Of a DNA stretch of 64,000 bases, positions 8,822 through 17,345 are shown piece after piece. The position numbers and the translations under genes were made by a program. Location: assembly GCA_903858755.1 (NCBI GenBank), contig CAIOKC010000032.1:29930-93929 (forward strand). The letters are read 5' to 3'. Source of the DNA: an uncultured bacterium (lineage in GTDB: Bacteria > Patescibacteriota > Minisyncoccia > Phycocordibacterales > UBA2100). The notes beneath the pieces are model-generated. The model was not told where the DNA came from. It saw only the letters and a program-made list of their open reading frames with translations, and made no database searches. Position 1 is the stretch's first letter. Each line of letters begins with the position of its first letter.

Positions 8822-9094
8822 TTATTGGGTCGTCGTGGTCGAGACCTGCTCGACGACAAACGGCGAATCGGAGATCGGCTGCTGCGTGATAGTGATCGGA
8901 TTTTCCTGCGGAAGCACGTTTAAGAAGCGCGCGAGCCCTGTCGTGAAATGAAAGTCGAAAAGCCCGAGGTAGAGCGCGACGAAGATTGAGACGAGTACCA
9001 CAAGAATCGTGTATACGATTGTCTGCACCTGGGTCGGCCACGCGACGTGGTGAAGCTCGCCGCGTGTGTCTTTGAGGTATTGAATGAATGACAT
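8822..9094 (-). CDS. secE: Preprotein translocase subunit SecE
   Basis: 90 aa, FIQYLKDTRGELHHVAWPTQVQTIVYTILVVLVSIFVALYLGLFD: SecE signature and single TM. Immediately upstream of nusG. Confidence 0.8.
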   Translation of the reverse strand: MSFIQYLKDTRGELHHVAWPTQVQTIVYTILVVLVSIFVALYLGLFDFHFTTGLARFLNVLPQENPITITQQPISDSPFVVEQVSTTTTQ

Positions 9095-9117
9095 ATCGAG
9101 GTGTAATGAGTCATTTT

Positions 9118-9138
9118 AAAAACGCCTCCCGGCGTTTG
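9118..9138 (-). terminator. Hairpin plus T-run on the minus strand (terminator downstream of the SIMPL-domain gene)
   Basis: aaaacgcctcccggcgttt; the minus strand reads aaacgccgggaggcgttttt. Confidence 0.45.
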
Positions 9139-9213
9139 CAAGAATAGTACTCGCTTGGGCAATACTGTCAAGCCGCCCCCCCCTGGGGGCGGCTTGATCT
9201 CTCCGCACAGTCC

Positions 9214-10029
9214 CTAGCGGATCTCGTAGGTTATATTCACGTTTGAGGTGATTTTGTTTTCGCCGGCGGGAAGCTCGGGAGATGCCTTCGTCGCAGAAGC
9301 GTCCATGCGCTCCGCGCCACCCATGCCGTATGCATAGGGCGCCGGGTACCCGCCCTCGTTTTCGTAGAATCCGACGACGCGTACAACCTCAACGCCCAGA
9401 GAGTCCGCGAGCGCCTCTGCTTTTTCTTTCGCCTGCGCAATCGCCTTGTCGCGAGCCTCCGCCTTGAGCGCATCTTCGTCGTCGATGGTAAACGAAAGCC
9501 CCGATACAGAGGATGCTCCAAGACCACCGACTCCCGAGAGCAAGTCTCCTGCTTTCTTCGTGTCGCGCACTTTTACGGTAAGGGTCTGACTTACTTGGAA
9601 GCCGCGGAGCTCCTGACGACCTCCGGGGCAGTAGCCGCCCGAGCACGCGACTTGAATGTAATCATATTGAGGGTACACGCTGTAGTCGGTGGTCTTGATG
9701 TCTTTTTCCTCGATGCCCTCTTTCTTCAAGTACGCGACGATGTCGTTGGATTTTTTAGTCGCGACATCTTGCGCGTCTGCGACTTGCTTCGCCTCTTCCT
9801 GGACGGTCACGCTGAATGTCGCGGTGTCCGGCACGGCAAATACCTCGCCTTCGCCTGATACGGTGATGCTGTTGGTCGCAGTGACTCCGCTTCCGATATA
9901 GCGATACCCTTTCAAAGCAGCAAGCGCCTCGACAAAAAGAAATACGGAAAGCGCGATGAGCGCTACCGCCGCGAATTTCCGCACTCGTTCCGTCGCACTG
10001 ATAATCTTGTCCGCCGCTTGTCCATCCAT
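9214..10029 (-). CDS. SIMPL-domain (DUF541) secreted protein
   Basis: N-terminal TM/signal; central and C-terminal pattern typical of the 26-kDa periplasmic immunogenic protein / SIMPL family (…VSQTLTVKVRD…GLSFTIDDEDALKAEARDKAIAQAKEKAEALA…). Confidence 0.65.
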   Translation of the reverse strand: MDGQAADKIISATERVRKFAAVALIALSVFLFVEALAALKGYRYIGSGVTATNSITVSGEGEVFAVPDTATFSVTVQEEAKQVADAQDVATKKSNDIVAYLKKEGIEEKDIKTTDYSVYPQYDYIQVACSGGYCPGGRQELRGFQVSQTLTVKVRDTKKAGDLLSGVGGLGASSVSGLSFTIDDEDALKAEARDKAIAQAKEKAEALADSLGVEVVRVVGFYENEGGYPAPYAYGMGGAERMDASATKASPELPAGENKITSNVNITYEIR

Positions 10030-10090
10030 ATGATGAATGTGTTATGAAATAAAAGCTTTCGCGATATACGACGAGTATACCACCCGCTTC

Positions 10091-10546
10091 TTACCGAGCG
10101 GCATGAATATTGAGACGACCCTTGTACTGCGCGAGAAAAAACGGCCATTGGGAGTGCATCGGCTCAGGAAATTGACCAAACGGAAACCATCTCACGTCAT
10201 CGAATTTGTGTGGCTCGCCATTTTGAACCTGGCTCCTGTCGACCAAGACCTTGTAGTCGAGACTGACCCAGTGCGTCTTATTCCCATCCTGCTCGCGAAA
10301 GACATCCCGGAAACCGAGAAACTCTACCTCAAGTGCATCCGCGCAGTACTCTTCTTTCACTTCCTTCCGAACCGTCTCTTCTCCTGTATGTCCGAACTCG
10401 ACACTACCTCCCCCGCAATCCCATCGTCCGTGCTCATCGCGGCAATTGACCCCACGCTTAGAGAGTACGACATTCCCCTCTCCGTCATGACAAAGGTACG
10501 ATGCGGTGACCCCGATGTAATCTATTCCTTTTCTGCTTATTTCCAT
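10091..10546 (-). CDS. NUDIX hydrolase
   Basis: Nudix-box-like GGGSVEFGHTGEETVRKEVKEEY. Start placed at the internal Met (MEISRKG). Confidence 0.6.
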   Translation of the reverse strand: MEISRKGIDYIGVTASYLCHDGEGNVVLSKRGVNCRDEHGRWDCGGGSVEFGHTGEETVRKEVKEEYCADALEVEFLGFRDVFREQDGNKTHWVSLDYKVLVDRSQVQNGEPHKFDDVRWFPFGQFPEPMHSQWPFFLAQYKGRLNIHAAR

Positions 10547-10762
10547 GGGCGATCGTCGGGAATCGAACCCGAATTGAGAGCTCCACAAGCTCCAGTGTTG
10601 ACCGTTACACCACGATCGCCATCAAACACAGATACTGTATAGCAGATTTGGGAGAGAGATGCGACTTCGTCGCGCACTATCGCCTCACCTGTTCGAGATT
10701 TGGCAATTTTTCTACAAGCACCACCGTAAAAAGAACGCGACCGATGATCTGCCCATGCTCTG

Positions 10763-11779
10763 TCAACACGTTGACCGCCATTCACCCGGACGCACATCCT
10801 CCTTGATCGAGTACCCTCTGTATCCCCCATCGCGACCGCCGAGAATCGGAAACTGCTCCGTATTCGTCGTCTGCCACGAGCCGAGCGCCGGATCATAGTA
10901 TTGCCACTCGTGGAAAATCGTCGTCGCAAGACCGGTGGGCGCAAAAATCGCGCTCCAGACGACCACTGTATCGATCGGAGCCTGGTGAAAGGTCTTGCTG
11001 TACCGTTCGAGGATATTCCACCACTCCCGCGGCTCTTCGGTGAGCACGTACGCGCCGTCGGAAAGACGCTGTACGGAGTGGAATACTCCCGCTTCTTTCA
11101 GCGCGAGCGGCAAGGGCGGAATGGCATTCGAGAAATACAGGACATTGAATATGACAAAGATGACGGCGATTGTGCGCGCGACTCGCGTGCGCTCTTTCCG
11201 CACCACCTCGGGGACAACGAAATACAAAACCTTCATGAAAAGCGTGACGGCGCAGAGGCTCACGATTCCGCTCACGACGAACATCCACGGACCGATAGTG
11301 CGGAAAACGACCGGTAGAAAAAATATGAAGAATGAGAAGAGGACGGTGAAATACAGACTGACCTGAAATGTAAAGCGCCGGTACAGACGGAGGAAGCGCT
11401 CGTTGCCGACGAGCAATACCGCGAGCGCCAGTATGAATATCCAGCTCACCGCATACGCCGCGCTCCTCGAATAGAGCGAGAGAAATCCGCTGAAAAGTCC
11501 TCCGAAAGAAAACTGCACGACGATGGGGATCGCGGGGGCAACGTTCAGAATCCACCGCGTCTTTACCCGGCCAGTCTCCAGCACATTGACCGCAATGATG
11601 CCAAGCGCGGCACATGCGAGATATGAAAAAAGAAGGAGGTTCGACGTCCAGAGATCTACGCGCCGGAGCAAGACGAGATTGTCTGCGATGAATCCCCCGA
11701 TCAGCGCGAGGGGTGAGATGTAGCGCTCGTACCAGTGGACAAGTTCTTCTACATTGTGCGGGAGTCGCGGGCGTGCCAT
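10763..11779 (-). CDS. Polytopic integral membrane protein (DUF2914-like)
   Basis: 338 aa, about 7 hydrophobic helices, then a soluble C-terminal domain. Confidence 0.5.
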   Translation of the reverse strand: MARPRLPHNVEELVHWYERYISPLALIGGFIADNLVLLRRVDLWTSNLLLFSYLACAALGIIAVNVLETGRVKTRWILNVAPAIPIVVQFSFGGLFSGFLSLYSRSAAYAVSWIFILALAVLLVGNERFLRLYRRFTFQVSLYFTVLFSFFIFFLPVVFRTIGPWMFVVSGIVSLCAVTLFMKVLYFVVPEVVRKERTRVARTIAVIFVIFNVLYFSNAIPPLPLALKEAGVFHSVQRLSDGAYVLTEEPREWWNILERYSKTFHQAPIDTVVVWSAIFAPTGLATTIFHEWQYYDPALGSWQTTNTEQFPILGGRDGGYRGYSIKEDVRPGEWRSTC

Positions 11780-11781
11780 AG

Positions 11782-12339
11782 CTACTGATACGAAGGGGGT
11801 TGTTCGGAGACGTGGGCGCGATGGTTTACGAAGCGCGTGAGCGCATAGAGAAGCGAGGAGAGCCGATTCGCATACGCGCGGCTCGAATCAGATATGGCGC
11901 GCTCACCGGATTCGTGCAGCGTGGCGACGCGGCGCTCCGCGCGGCGCGAGACCGCGCGCGCGATGTCGAGCCGCGCGGAGAGCTCGGTCGCACCCGGCAC
12001 CAGAAAGGTCTTGACCGGCGGCATCTCTGCTTCAATGCGGTGTATCAGCATCCCCATCGCCTCGACGCTCGAAAGTGGGATCGATTTCTCCGCGCCGGCG
12101 ACCTCCGCCTGAAGCGTGAAAAGGTGATCTTGCACGTCGTGCAAGACGAGCTTCATCCGTCTTCCCTGCACTTCAGTCCCTTCGCCACATTCCGCCTTGC
12201 ACCACCCGACAAGCGTATTTAATTCATCGAGCATGCCGAGACACTCGAAAATCGGCGAGGTCTTTGACACGCGCGCGCCGGGCGGCGAATCGAAAAGCTT
12301 CGACGTGCCGCCATCTCCTTTCCCGGTGAAAAAAGCCAT
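11782..12339 (-). CDS. ATP:cob(I)alamin adenosyltransferase, PduO/MMAB type
   Basis: MAFFTGKGDGGTSKLFDSPPGARVSKTSPIFECLGMLDELNTLVGW... with the TGDGGTT-like motif of PduO-type adenosyltransferases. Start at MAFFTG, 45 nt inside the track ORF. Confidence 0.8.
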   Translation of the reverse strand: MAFFTGKGDGGTSKLFDSPPGARVSKTSPIFECLGMLDELNTLVGWCKAECGEGTEVQGRRMKLVLHDVQDHLFTLQAEVAGAEKSIPLSSVEAMGMLIHRIEAEMPPVKTFLVPGATELSARLDIARAVSRRAERRVATLHESGERAISDSSRAYANRLSSLLYALTRFVNHRAHVSEQPPSYQ

Positions 12340-12356
12340 GACTCCATGATAGCAAA
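12259..12356. repeat. 98-bp direct repeat copy A (covers the 5' end and start codon of the adenosyltransferase gene)
   Basis: Identical to 14912-15009 except one synonymous G/A difference (12310 vs 14963). Confidence 0.9.
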
Positions 12357-12391
12357 TATCACTCGGTCCCACGTGCAGAGACACGACTCCG

Positions 12392-12784
12392 TTACGGCAG
12401 AACGATCGGAGCGTCTGGATCGTTTCCTCGAGTGACTCCCGAATACAAGACGTATAGAAGCGGTGTCACGGCGACGACGAAATAACTGACCCATACAAAG
12501 GGGGTGAAAAATATCGAAAAACCAATGGATGGCAAAAGAACGAGCGCATCGAGCACGATGTGCATCAGCCCAAATCCGATCCCGTATCCGATAGCAGCCA
12601 CGGCAGTCAGTGGACCCAAAAATCGCGTAGCAACAAGCACGAGCGCACACACGGTGATGTACCCCGCGACTTGCGCCCCTAAGCCGTACGAGAGTCCGTA
12701 GGTCGAAAGTACCGCCCATAGGAAGAAAACCCCCGAGTACGTGACGAAGCCCCACCACAGGACGAACGAATAGCGGATGGGCAT
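12392..12784 (-). CDS. Small 4-TM membrane protein (cargo of repeat-flanked segment)
   Basis: 130 aa, four hydrophobic helices, no recognisable family. Confidence 0.45.
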   Translation of the reverse strand: MPIRYSFVLWWGFVTYSGVFFLWAVLSTYGLSYGLGAQVAGYITVCALVLVATRFLGPLTAVAAIGYGIGFGLMHIVLDALVLLPSIGFSIFFTPFVWVSYFVVAVTPLLYVLYSGVTRGNDPDAPIVLP

Positions 12785-12817
12785 GCATTTCAGTGTATCA
12801 TGGTCAGATAAAGCTCC

Positions 12818-14920
12818 ATGAAACTGCCCGAACTGTCGTTCGCAGCGCTTGCATTAATGGTTATCACTGCACTTTTCAGCGCTACCACGGTCCTTGTACA
12901 TCCTTCCACGGAGGTTGCGCAAACAGTCAGAGCGACATCGCAAAAAGGCAATTGTAAGCTCGGGGACCTAGAATTCAGAGGGGCAAGCAGTATCGGGGAG
13001 CAAGAGTGCAAACGCGGCGCTGAGTATGAGATCATCGCACCAAAAAAGAAGGGGGATTTTGTCTACGATATAAAAACGAAAAAATGCCCACCATCCCCAC
13101 CACCTACCCCACGAGGCGTGAATCCTGAAGTGTGGAAGAAACAGTGGGAGGCAAAGCAGCCAGAAGGAGTGGTAAGTCTAAAGACACCGACCAACGGGAC
13201 GCTCATCGTGACCTGCGACAAGAAATTGGGCAGTTCGGGATCCTTCATGAAGGAGGTCGGCGACATATCGCGTGCCTCTTTGGGTGAGGCGCGAACTACA
13301 TCCCCCGAAAGTCCTCGGACGCCTTCGGCGCCAGCGCGTGAAAGCAGCTATGCTTTTCAAGATTCTTTCGATGAGCAACCCCCTTCTTCTTCGAACTCGG
13401 ACGGAACAGAAAAACCGAAGACGTCGCTTGAGGATTTGGCGAAAGAAATCGCACAAAAAAGAAACGACCTCAACAACAGCGACCCCGCAATCCAGCGCGC
13501 GGCGCAAGACTACTTGGCACTACAATCACGACTCGGAGAAGGGCGCTACATCGGCGTGGAAAGCAGCGAGCGGGACGGGACGCTCGGTGGAGCTATTCAA
13601 AAAGATGTGCGCGAAGCGTCGGCTCGTAATACAGCTCTGGCGATTTCAGACACATTTGCCAATGCGGACGGAGTCTACGTGACCAACGTCGAGCAAAAAG
13701 GTTTGGCGACGCGAGTCCTCGATAGAGCGACCGGGAGCGAGACCTTTTACAGCAATGTTACCGGGAGACCCTTTCTGGAGGTGGACGGCAACGCTCTTTC
13801 TCTTATCTCTGCCGACGGATCAGTGTACCCCGTGGCGCCTGACGGAGAGTGGCAAAACAAACTCGGGACGCTGGACAAAACAGAATACGATGTCTTTGCA
13901 GATAATTACCTCTCCCCGAGAGAAATGCCTGTTCAATCTTTCAAATACGATCCACCAGTGGCGGCCTGGACAGATGATACTGGCGCTGAAATACCGCCAG
14001 CGACTTCTGAATACCCGAATGGTCGCGTGACTATCACTGACAGTGACGGGAACAAAAAGGTTATTCCGGCAGATGAATACTGGGCGGTAATTGAAGCGGG
14101 TAAACGCGTGTACGATACCGACCAACTCGCACGAGAAATAAATCAATGGACACACGGCAAGATCCTTCTCTCGCCGCCAGAAGCATTCCCTTCTTCGAAG
14201 GGCGGCTTTTTTGCTGAAGGCGGCAATGTACCTGCAAGTTCGCTCACGCCACAGTCTATCGGGCAATATGCGAGTGCAATGGAGAAAATGTACGACGTAT
14301 ACAAACAAATGCCGCCGGAACTATGGGCAAACGAGGGTATACAACCTACTGATGTATATACTTTTGCACAAGATCCTGCCGCACCAAAAGTCAGAGCGGC
14401 GGGAATCGCATATCTTGGTGGGGGCAGTCAGTGGTCAAATCCCGACGCACACGACGTATACATGACAACTGGTCACGAGCTTGGGCATACGTTGGGAAAC
14501 GTCTTCCCGAGTGATCAGCAGTGGGGCTCAAGTGTGTATGGCGAATCGTGGCAGCGTGCATACGGTGGGAAAGATTCAGTTGAGGCGTACGCTGCCGGTA
14601 AACTTGGGTACGACAGAGCTCCGGGTTATGCGACGACATACGGCTTTGCGGGCGGTGTGCGTGAAGATCAGGCGGAGATATTTGGTGCCATGCTCACGAA
14701 TTATCCGGCGGTACAACACGCCGCTGCAAGCGATCCTGCGTTGAATCAAAAAATGCAGATGGTGCAGGATTCGTTTTCCGCAGCAACAGGTGGCGTTATG
14801 AATCAGAATTACTGGAACAACATGAAAGTTCTCGACTCAGACTTCTTCCTCGCACAATCAAACCCTAACTTTTTGACAACACTATACCGAGTACTCGGAG
14901 CCAAGCGTGCGGGTCTTTGA
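12818..14920 (+). CDS. Secreted/membrane-anchored protein with HExxH zinc-metallopeptidase motif
   Basis: 700 aa; N-terminal TM/signal (MKLPELSFAALALMVITALF); Pro/Ser-rich linker; HELGH motif near the C-terminus (DVYMTTGHELGHTLGN). The stop codon lies inside direct-repeat copy B. Confidence 0.55.
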   Translation: MKLPELSFAALALMVITALFSATTVLVHPSTEVAQTVRATSQKGNCKLGDLEFRGASSIGEQECKRGAEYEIIAPKKKGDFVYDIKTKKCPPSPPPTPRGVNPEVWKKQWEAKQPEGVVSLKTPTNGTLIVTCDKKLGSSGSFMKEVGDISRASLGEARTTSPESPRTPSAPARESSYAFQDSFDEQPPSSSNSDGTEKPKTSLEDLAKEIAQKRNDLNNSDPAIQRAAQDYLALQSRLGEGRYIGVESSERDGTLGGAIQKDVREASARNTALAISDTFANADGVYVTNVEQKGLATRVLDRATGSETFYSNVTGRPFLEVDGNALSLISADGSVYPVAPDGEWQNKLGTLDKTEYDVFADNYLSPREMPVQSFKYDPPVAAWTDDTGAEIPPATSEYPNGRVTITDSDGNKKVIPADEYWAVIEAGKRVYDTDQLAREINQWTHGKILLSPPEAFPSSKGGFFAEGGNVPASSLTPQSIGQYASAMEKMYDVYKQMPPELWANEGIQPTDVYTFAQDPAAPKVRAAGIAYLGGGSQWSNPDAHDVYMTTGHELGHTLGNVFPSDQQWGSSVYGESWQRAYGGKDSVEAYAAGKLGYDRAPGYATTYGFAGGVREDQAEIFGAMLTNYPAVQHAAASDPALNQKMQMVQDSFSAATGGVMNQNYWNNMKVLDSDFFLAQSNPNFLTTLYRVLGAKRAGL

Positions 14921-15009
14921 CACGCGCGCGCCGGGCGGCGAATCGAAAAGCTTCGACGTGCCACCATCTCCTTTCCCGGTGAAAAAAGCCATGACTCCAT
15001 GATAGCAAA
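14912..15009. repeat. 98-bp direct repeat copy B
   Basis: See copy A. Lies 59 bp from tRNA-Leu. Confidence 0.9.
14913..14991 (-). pseudogene. Orphan 5' fragment (first ~27 codons) of the PduO-type adenosyltransferase gene
   Basis: Encodes MAFFTGKGDGGTSKLFDSPPGARVSKT, then diverges and stops. The full gene is at 11782-12339. Confidence 0.6.
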
Positions 15010-15068
15010 AGTCCGCGCGAGTCGCCGAGCGAAGCGAGGCGGCCTCATCCGACTTGCAATTTCCTTTC

Positions 15069-15155
15069 TGGTGCGCAGGGGGAGACTCGAACTCCCATGC
15101 CCTTGCGGGCGCTACCACCTCAAGGTAGTACGTCTACCAATTTCGCCACCTGCGC
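15069..15155 (-). tRNA. tRNA-Leu (anticodon GAG), type II with long variable arm; CCA encoded
   Basis: Manual cloverleaf: acceptor gcgcagg/cctgcgc, anticodon stem ctacc/ggtag, loop ttGAGgt, variable arm cgcccgcaagggcatg, T-loop ttcgagt. Confidence 0.8.
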
Positions 15156-15211
15156 AATGCGAGTAAATAGTACTCGGTTTTGTTGGAAACTCCAGCGTTT
15201 CTGGAGGTCTC

Positions 15212-15676
15212 CTATTTCGTCTCCTCGACCGGCGCCGTCATCTCAGCGACGATCTCTTCTTTTTGTGCTTCCGTCTCCTCCGCAAAATCAGCAGGGACTC
15301 CCTGCATGTCGTTGGATGAGATATTCATCATGCGAGTGCGGCGGAGCTGGCGGCGCGCTTCGCGCGCCACTTTGTCGCGTATGTAGTAAAGCTTGGCGCG
15401 GCGGACGCGAGCGCGCTTCACGACTTCGATACTCTCTACCATGGGAGAATAGAGCGGGAAAATCTTCTCGACTCCGACGCCGCTTGCGACGCGGCGCACG
15501 GTGAAAGTCGCACCCGCTTCGGTGCCGTGCTTGCGCGCGAGGACCAGCCCCTCAAAAGCCTGCAAGCGCTGCTTGCCCTTTTCGATGATTTTCTGCATGA
15601 CACGCACCGTATCCCCCGGTCGGAGGTCGAGGTTCTTGCGAGAATCCATCTGTATCGGTGATACTTTGATCGCCAT
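15212..15676 (-). CDS. rplS: 50S ribosomal protein L19 (with C-terminal acidic extension)
   Basis: [51 protein letters not shown]... is a canonical L19. Confidence 0.9.
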   Translation of the reverse strand: MAIKVSPIQMDSRKNLDLRPGDTVRVMQKIIEKGKQRLQAFEGLVLARKHGTEAGATFTVRRVASGVGVEKIFPLYSPMVESIEVVKRARVRRAKLYYIRDKVAREARRQLRRTRMMNISSNDMQGVPADFAEETEAQKEEIVAEMTAPVEETK

Positions 15677-15920
15677 ATGCGCGGGCACTATACCACCTGG
15701 AGTCTAATAAAACAATATTCGCCGGGTGTCTCTATTGTACCAAGCTAGAACCTATTTTCAAACGCGTTGACTTCCCACGCGCAGAGCGCGTGGTGGCTTT
15801 GACCTGAATCGTACGCTCCACGAACACCGCCCCCCGCCTCGCGGACTCGGCGGCAACCCCGAAAAGAAAAACGCTCCATGCATTGGTTGTTAATTGGACA
15901 AACCTTCTTTTGTCGCGCAT

Positions 15921-15947
15921 ATGCAACACATATTAGGTGTTGCATTT
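15921..15947. promoter_or_regulatory. 9-bp-arm inverted repeat (atgcaacac-N7-gtgttgcat) upstream of TA operon; candidate antitoxin operator
   Basis: Perfect inverted repeat, about 40 bp upstream of an extended -10 (tggtatact at 15988-15996) and the antitoxin ATG at 16003. Confidence 0.35.
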
Positions 15948-16002
15948 AGAATTAGAACTCGCGTGGAATAGCCCGCTTTGTCCCTTATGGTATACTGCTC
16001 GT

Positions 16003-16185
16003 ATGAACAAGACAGGCAAGAAAAATGTATCCCTGAGCGACCTCTACCAAGAGGTTAGGGCTCTTCGTCGTGATATGTCGGTGTTCATGCCCACCGAATC
16101 TTTTGACGACTATAAAAATAAGAAGGAGCTCGTGGCCGCACACCGTGATACGCGTAAGGAAATAGCTCGCACTAGGCGAGCATAA
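16003..16185 (+). CDS. Small putative antitoxin (partner of downstream RelE/ParE-like toxin)
   Basis: 60-aa basic/acidic ORF ending 2 nt before the toxin ORF: MNKTGKKNVSLSDLYQEVRALRRDMSVFMP... Confidence 0.4.
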   Translation: MNKTGKKNVSLSDLYQEVRALRRDMSVFMPTESFDDYKNKKELVAAHRDTRKEIARTRRA

Positions 16186-16187
16186 CC

Positions 16188-16442
16188 ATGCGGATTGTCC
16201 GCACGAAAAAGTTTGAGAGGATGCTTGGGCGCTTGCCTGCATCTGTGCAAAAAGTATATCGCGGGCAAGAAAATCTCCTTCAGGAAAACCCGCGAGATTC
16301 TCGTCTTCATCTTAAGAAACTACAAGGGATCGAGGATACATACTCCTTCCGCATTACGCGCTCTTACCGGGCGCTTTTCATATGGGAAGATAACACGGCT
16401 TGGCTTTTTGCCATCGGAGATCGAAAAGATATTTACAACTGA
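16188..16442 (+). CDS. RelE/ParE-family type II toxin
   Basis: 84 aa; ...LHLKKLQGIEDTYSFRITRSYRALFIWEDNTAWLFAIGDRKDIY matches the RelE/ParE C-terminal pattern (LkkLkG..d.yRiRigdYRiif....). Confidence 0.65.
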   Translation: MRIVRTKKFERMLGRLPASVQKVYRGQENLLQENPRDSRLHLKKLQGIEDTYSFRITRSYRALFIWEDNTAWLFAIGDRKDIYN

Positions 16443-16445
16443 TAT

Positions 16446-16754
16446 ATGGAATTTGAGACACTGGATCAAATACTCGCCAAAAGGAAAGAGGTTGAACAGG
16501 AGCTAATTGAATTTCTAAAGGAGACGGAGAGCGATTTTACCTTAGAGGATATTCAGCAAGTTATTTTCGAAGAAGAGAACACCGACGACTTAACCGATGT
16601 TATAGCCATGTTTGATACGGGGCACGGCCAGTTGGAATTGAGTGCCATTCTCGAGACGGTCAACGACGCGTGGAATTATTTTCCACATAAAATTTTGGGA
16701 GGGATCTCTCCCGCTGAAATGATACTAAATCACAAACGAAAATCGCGCAGTTGA
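16446..16754 (+). CDS. Acidic hypothetical protein in low-GC islet
   Basis: 102 aa, strongly acidic, in the AT-rich segment adjacent to the TA pair and tRNA genes. Confidence 0.35.
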   Translation: MEFETLDQILAKRKEVEQELIEFLKETESDFTLEDIQQVIFEEENTDDLTDVIAMFDTGHGQLELSAILETVNDAWNYFPHKILGGISPAEMILNHKRKSRS

Positions 16755-16815
16755 CGCATCAAAAATACCGCCGCCTTCTGCGCGACGCGTCCCGGTCTCT
16801 CGACTTAGCATTGTC

Positions 16816-16891
16816 TGGTGCGCGGTGCAGGACTCGAACCTGCGACCTTCTCTGTGTAAAAGAGTTGCTCTACCAACTGAGCTAACCGCGC
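16816..16891 (-). tRNA. tRNA-Val (anticodon TAC), CCA encoded
   Basis: gcgcggttagctcagttggtagagcaactcttTTACAcagagaaggtcgcaggttcgagtcctgcaccgcgcacca; anticodon loop tttacac. Confidence 0.85.
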
Positions 16892-16893
16892 GT

Positions 16894-16965
16894 TGCCCTC
16901 GGTAGGAATCGAACCTACATAGCCGGCTTAGAAGTCCGGAGTTCTATCCATTGAACTACAAGGGC
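16894..16965 (-). tRNA. tRNA-Arg (anticodon TCT)
   Basis: gcccttgtagttcaatggatagaactccggacttCTAAgccggctatgtaggttcgattcctaccgagggca; anticodon loop cttctaa. Confidence 0.85.
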
Positions 16966-17012
16966 TCTGTGTGAGCACCCTAACTGTACACAGCGTTTAC
17001 GTTTATGACAAT

Positions 17013-17345
17013 TTATTTTGATGGATCGGATGGAAGGTCAGGCGCGCGCCCTTTGAGCGCTTCGAATCGGGCATTCCGCGCGTCGAATGCCGCGATAGTC
17101 GTGTTCAATGTTGAACGATCAAGTGCGGGCGCGGGCGTAGGTGCCGTACTGTACGCTCCACCGAGCGCGACGAGAACCCTGTTTAGAGTCAAAATCCCGT
17201 AGGTAAAGACCGCGACAACCGCGACAAAGGCGAGTACGAGGAGCGCGCGCCAATACAGATCGGTCAGGCGCCGGAGATTCTCCGGCTGGTGCCTGCCAGC
17301 GTACACATCGTACAAACCTTCCAAAAATGATGGAGCGATCTTCAT
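17013..17345 (-). CDS. Small single-TM membrane protein (pilus-assembly operon member)
   Basis: 110 aa from MKIAPSFLEGLYDVYAGRHQPENLRRLTDLYWRALLVLAFVAVVAVFTYG...; ATGA overlap with the upstream gene. Confidence 0.4.
   Translation of the reverse strand: MKIAPSFLEGLYDVYAGRHQPENLRRLTDLYWRALLVLAFVAVVAVFTYGILTLNRVLVALGGAYSTAPTPAPALDRSTLNTTIAAFDARNARFEALKGRAPDLPSDPSK

Noticed and set aside
10037-10642. Plus-strand 201-aa ORF
   Set aside because: Entirely antisense to the NUDIX hydrolase gene, which has a recognisable Nudix box.
12259-15009. Prophage or integrative element with integrase at the tRNA-Leu site
   Set aside because: No integrase, recombinase or phage gene between or beside the repeats. 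The cargo is only two genes. Reported as repeat-flanked insertion of unknown mechanism instead.
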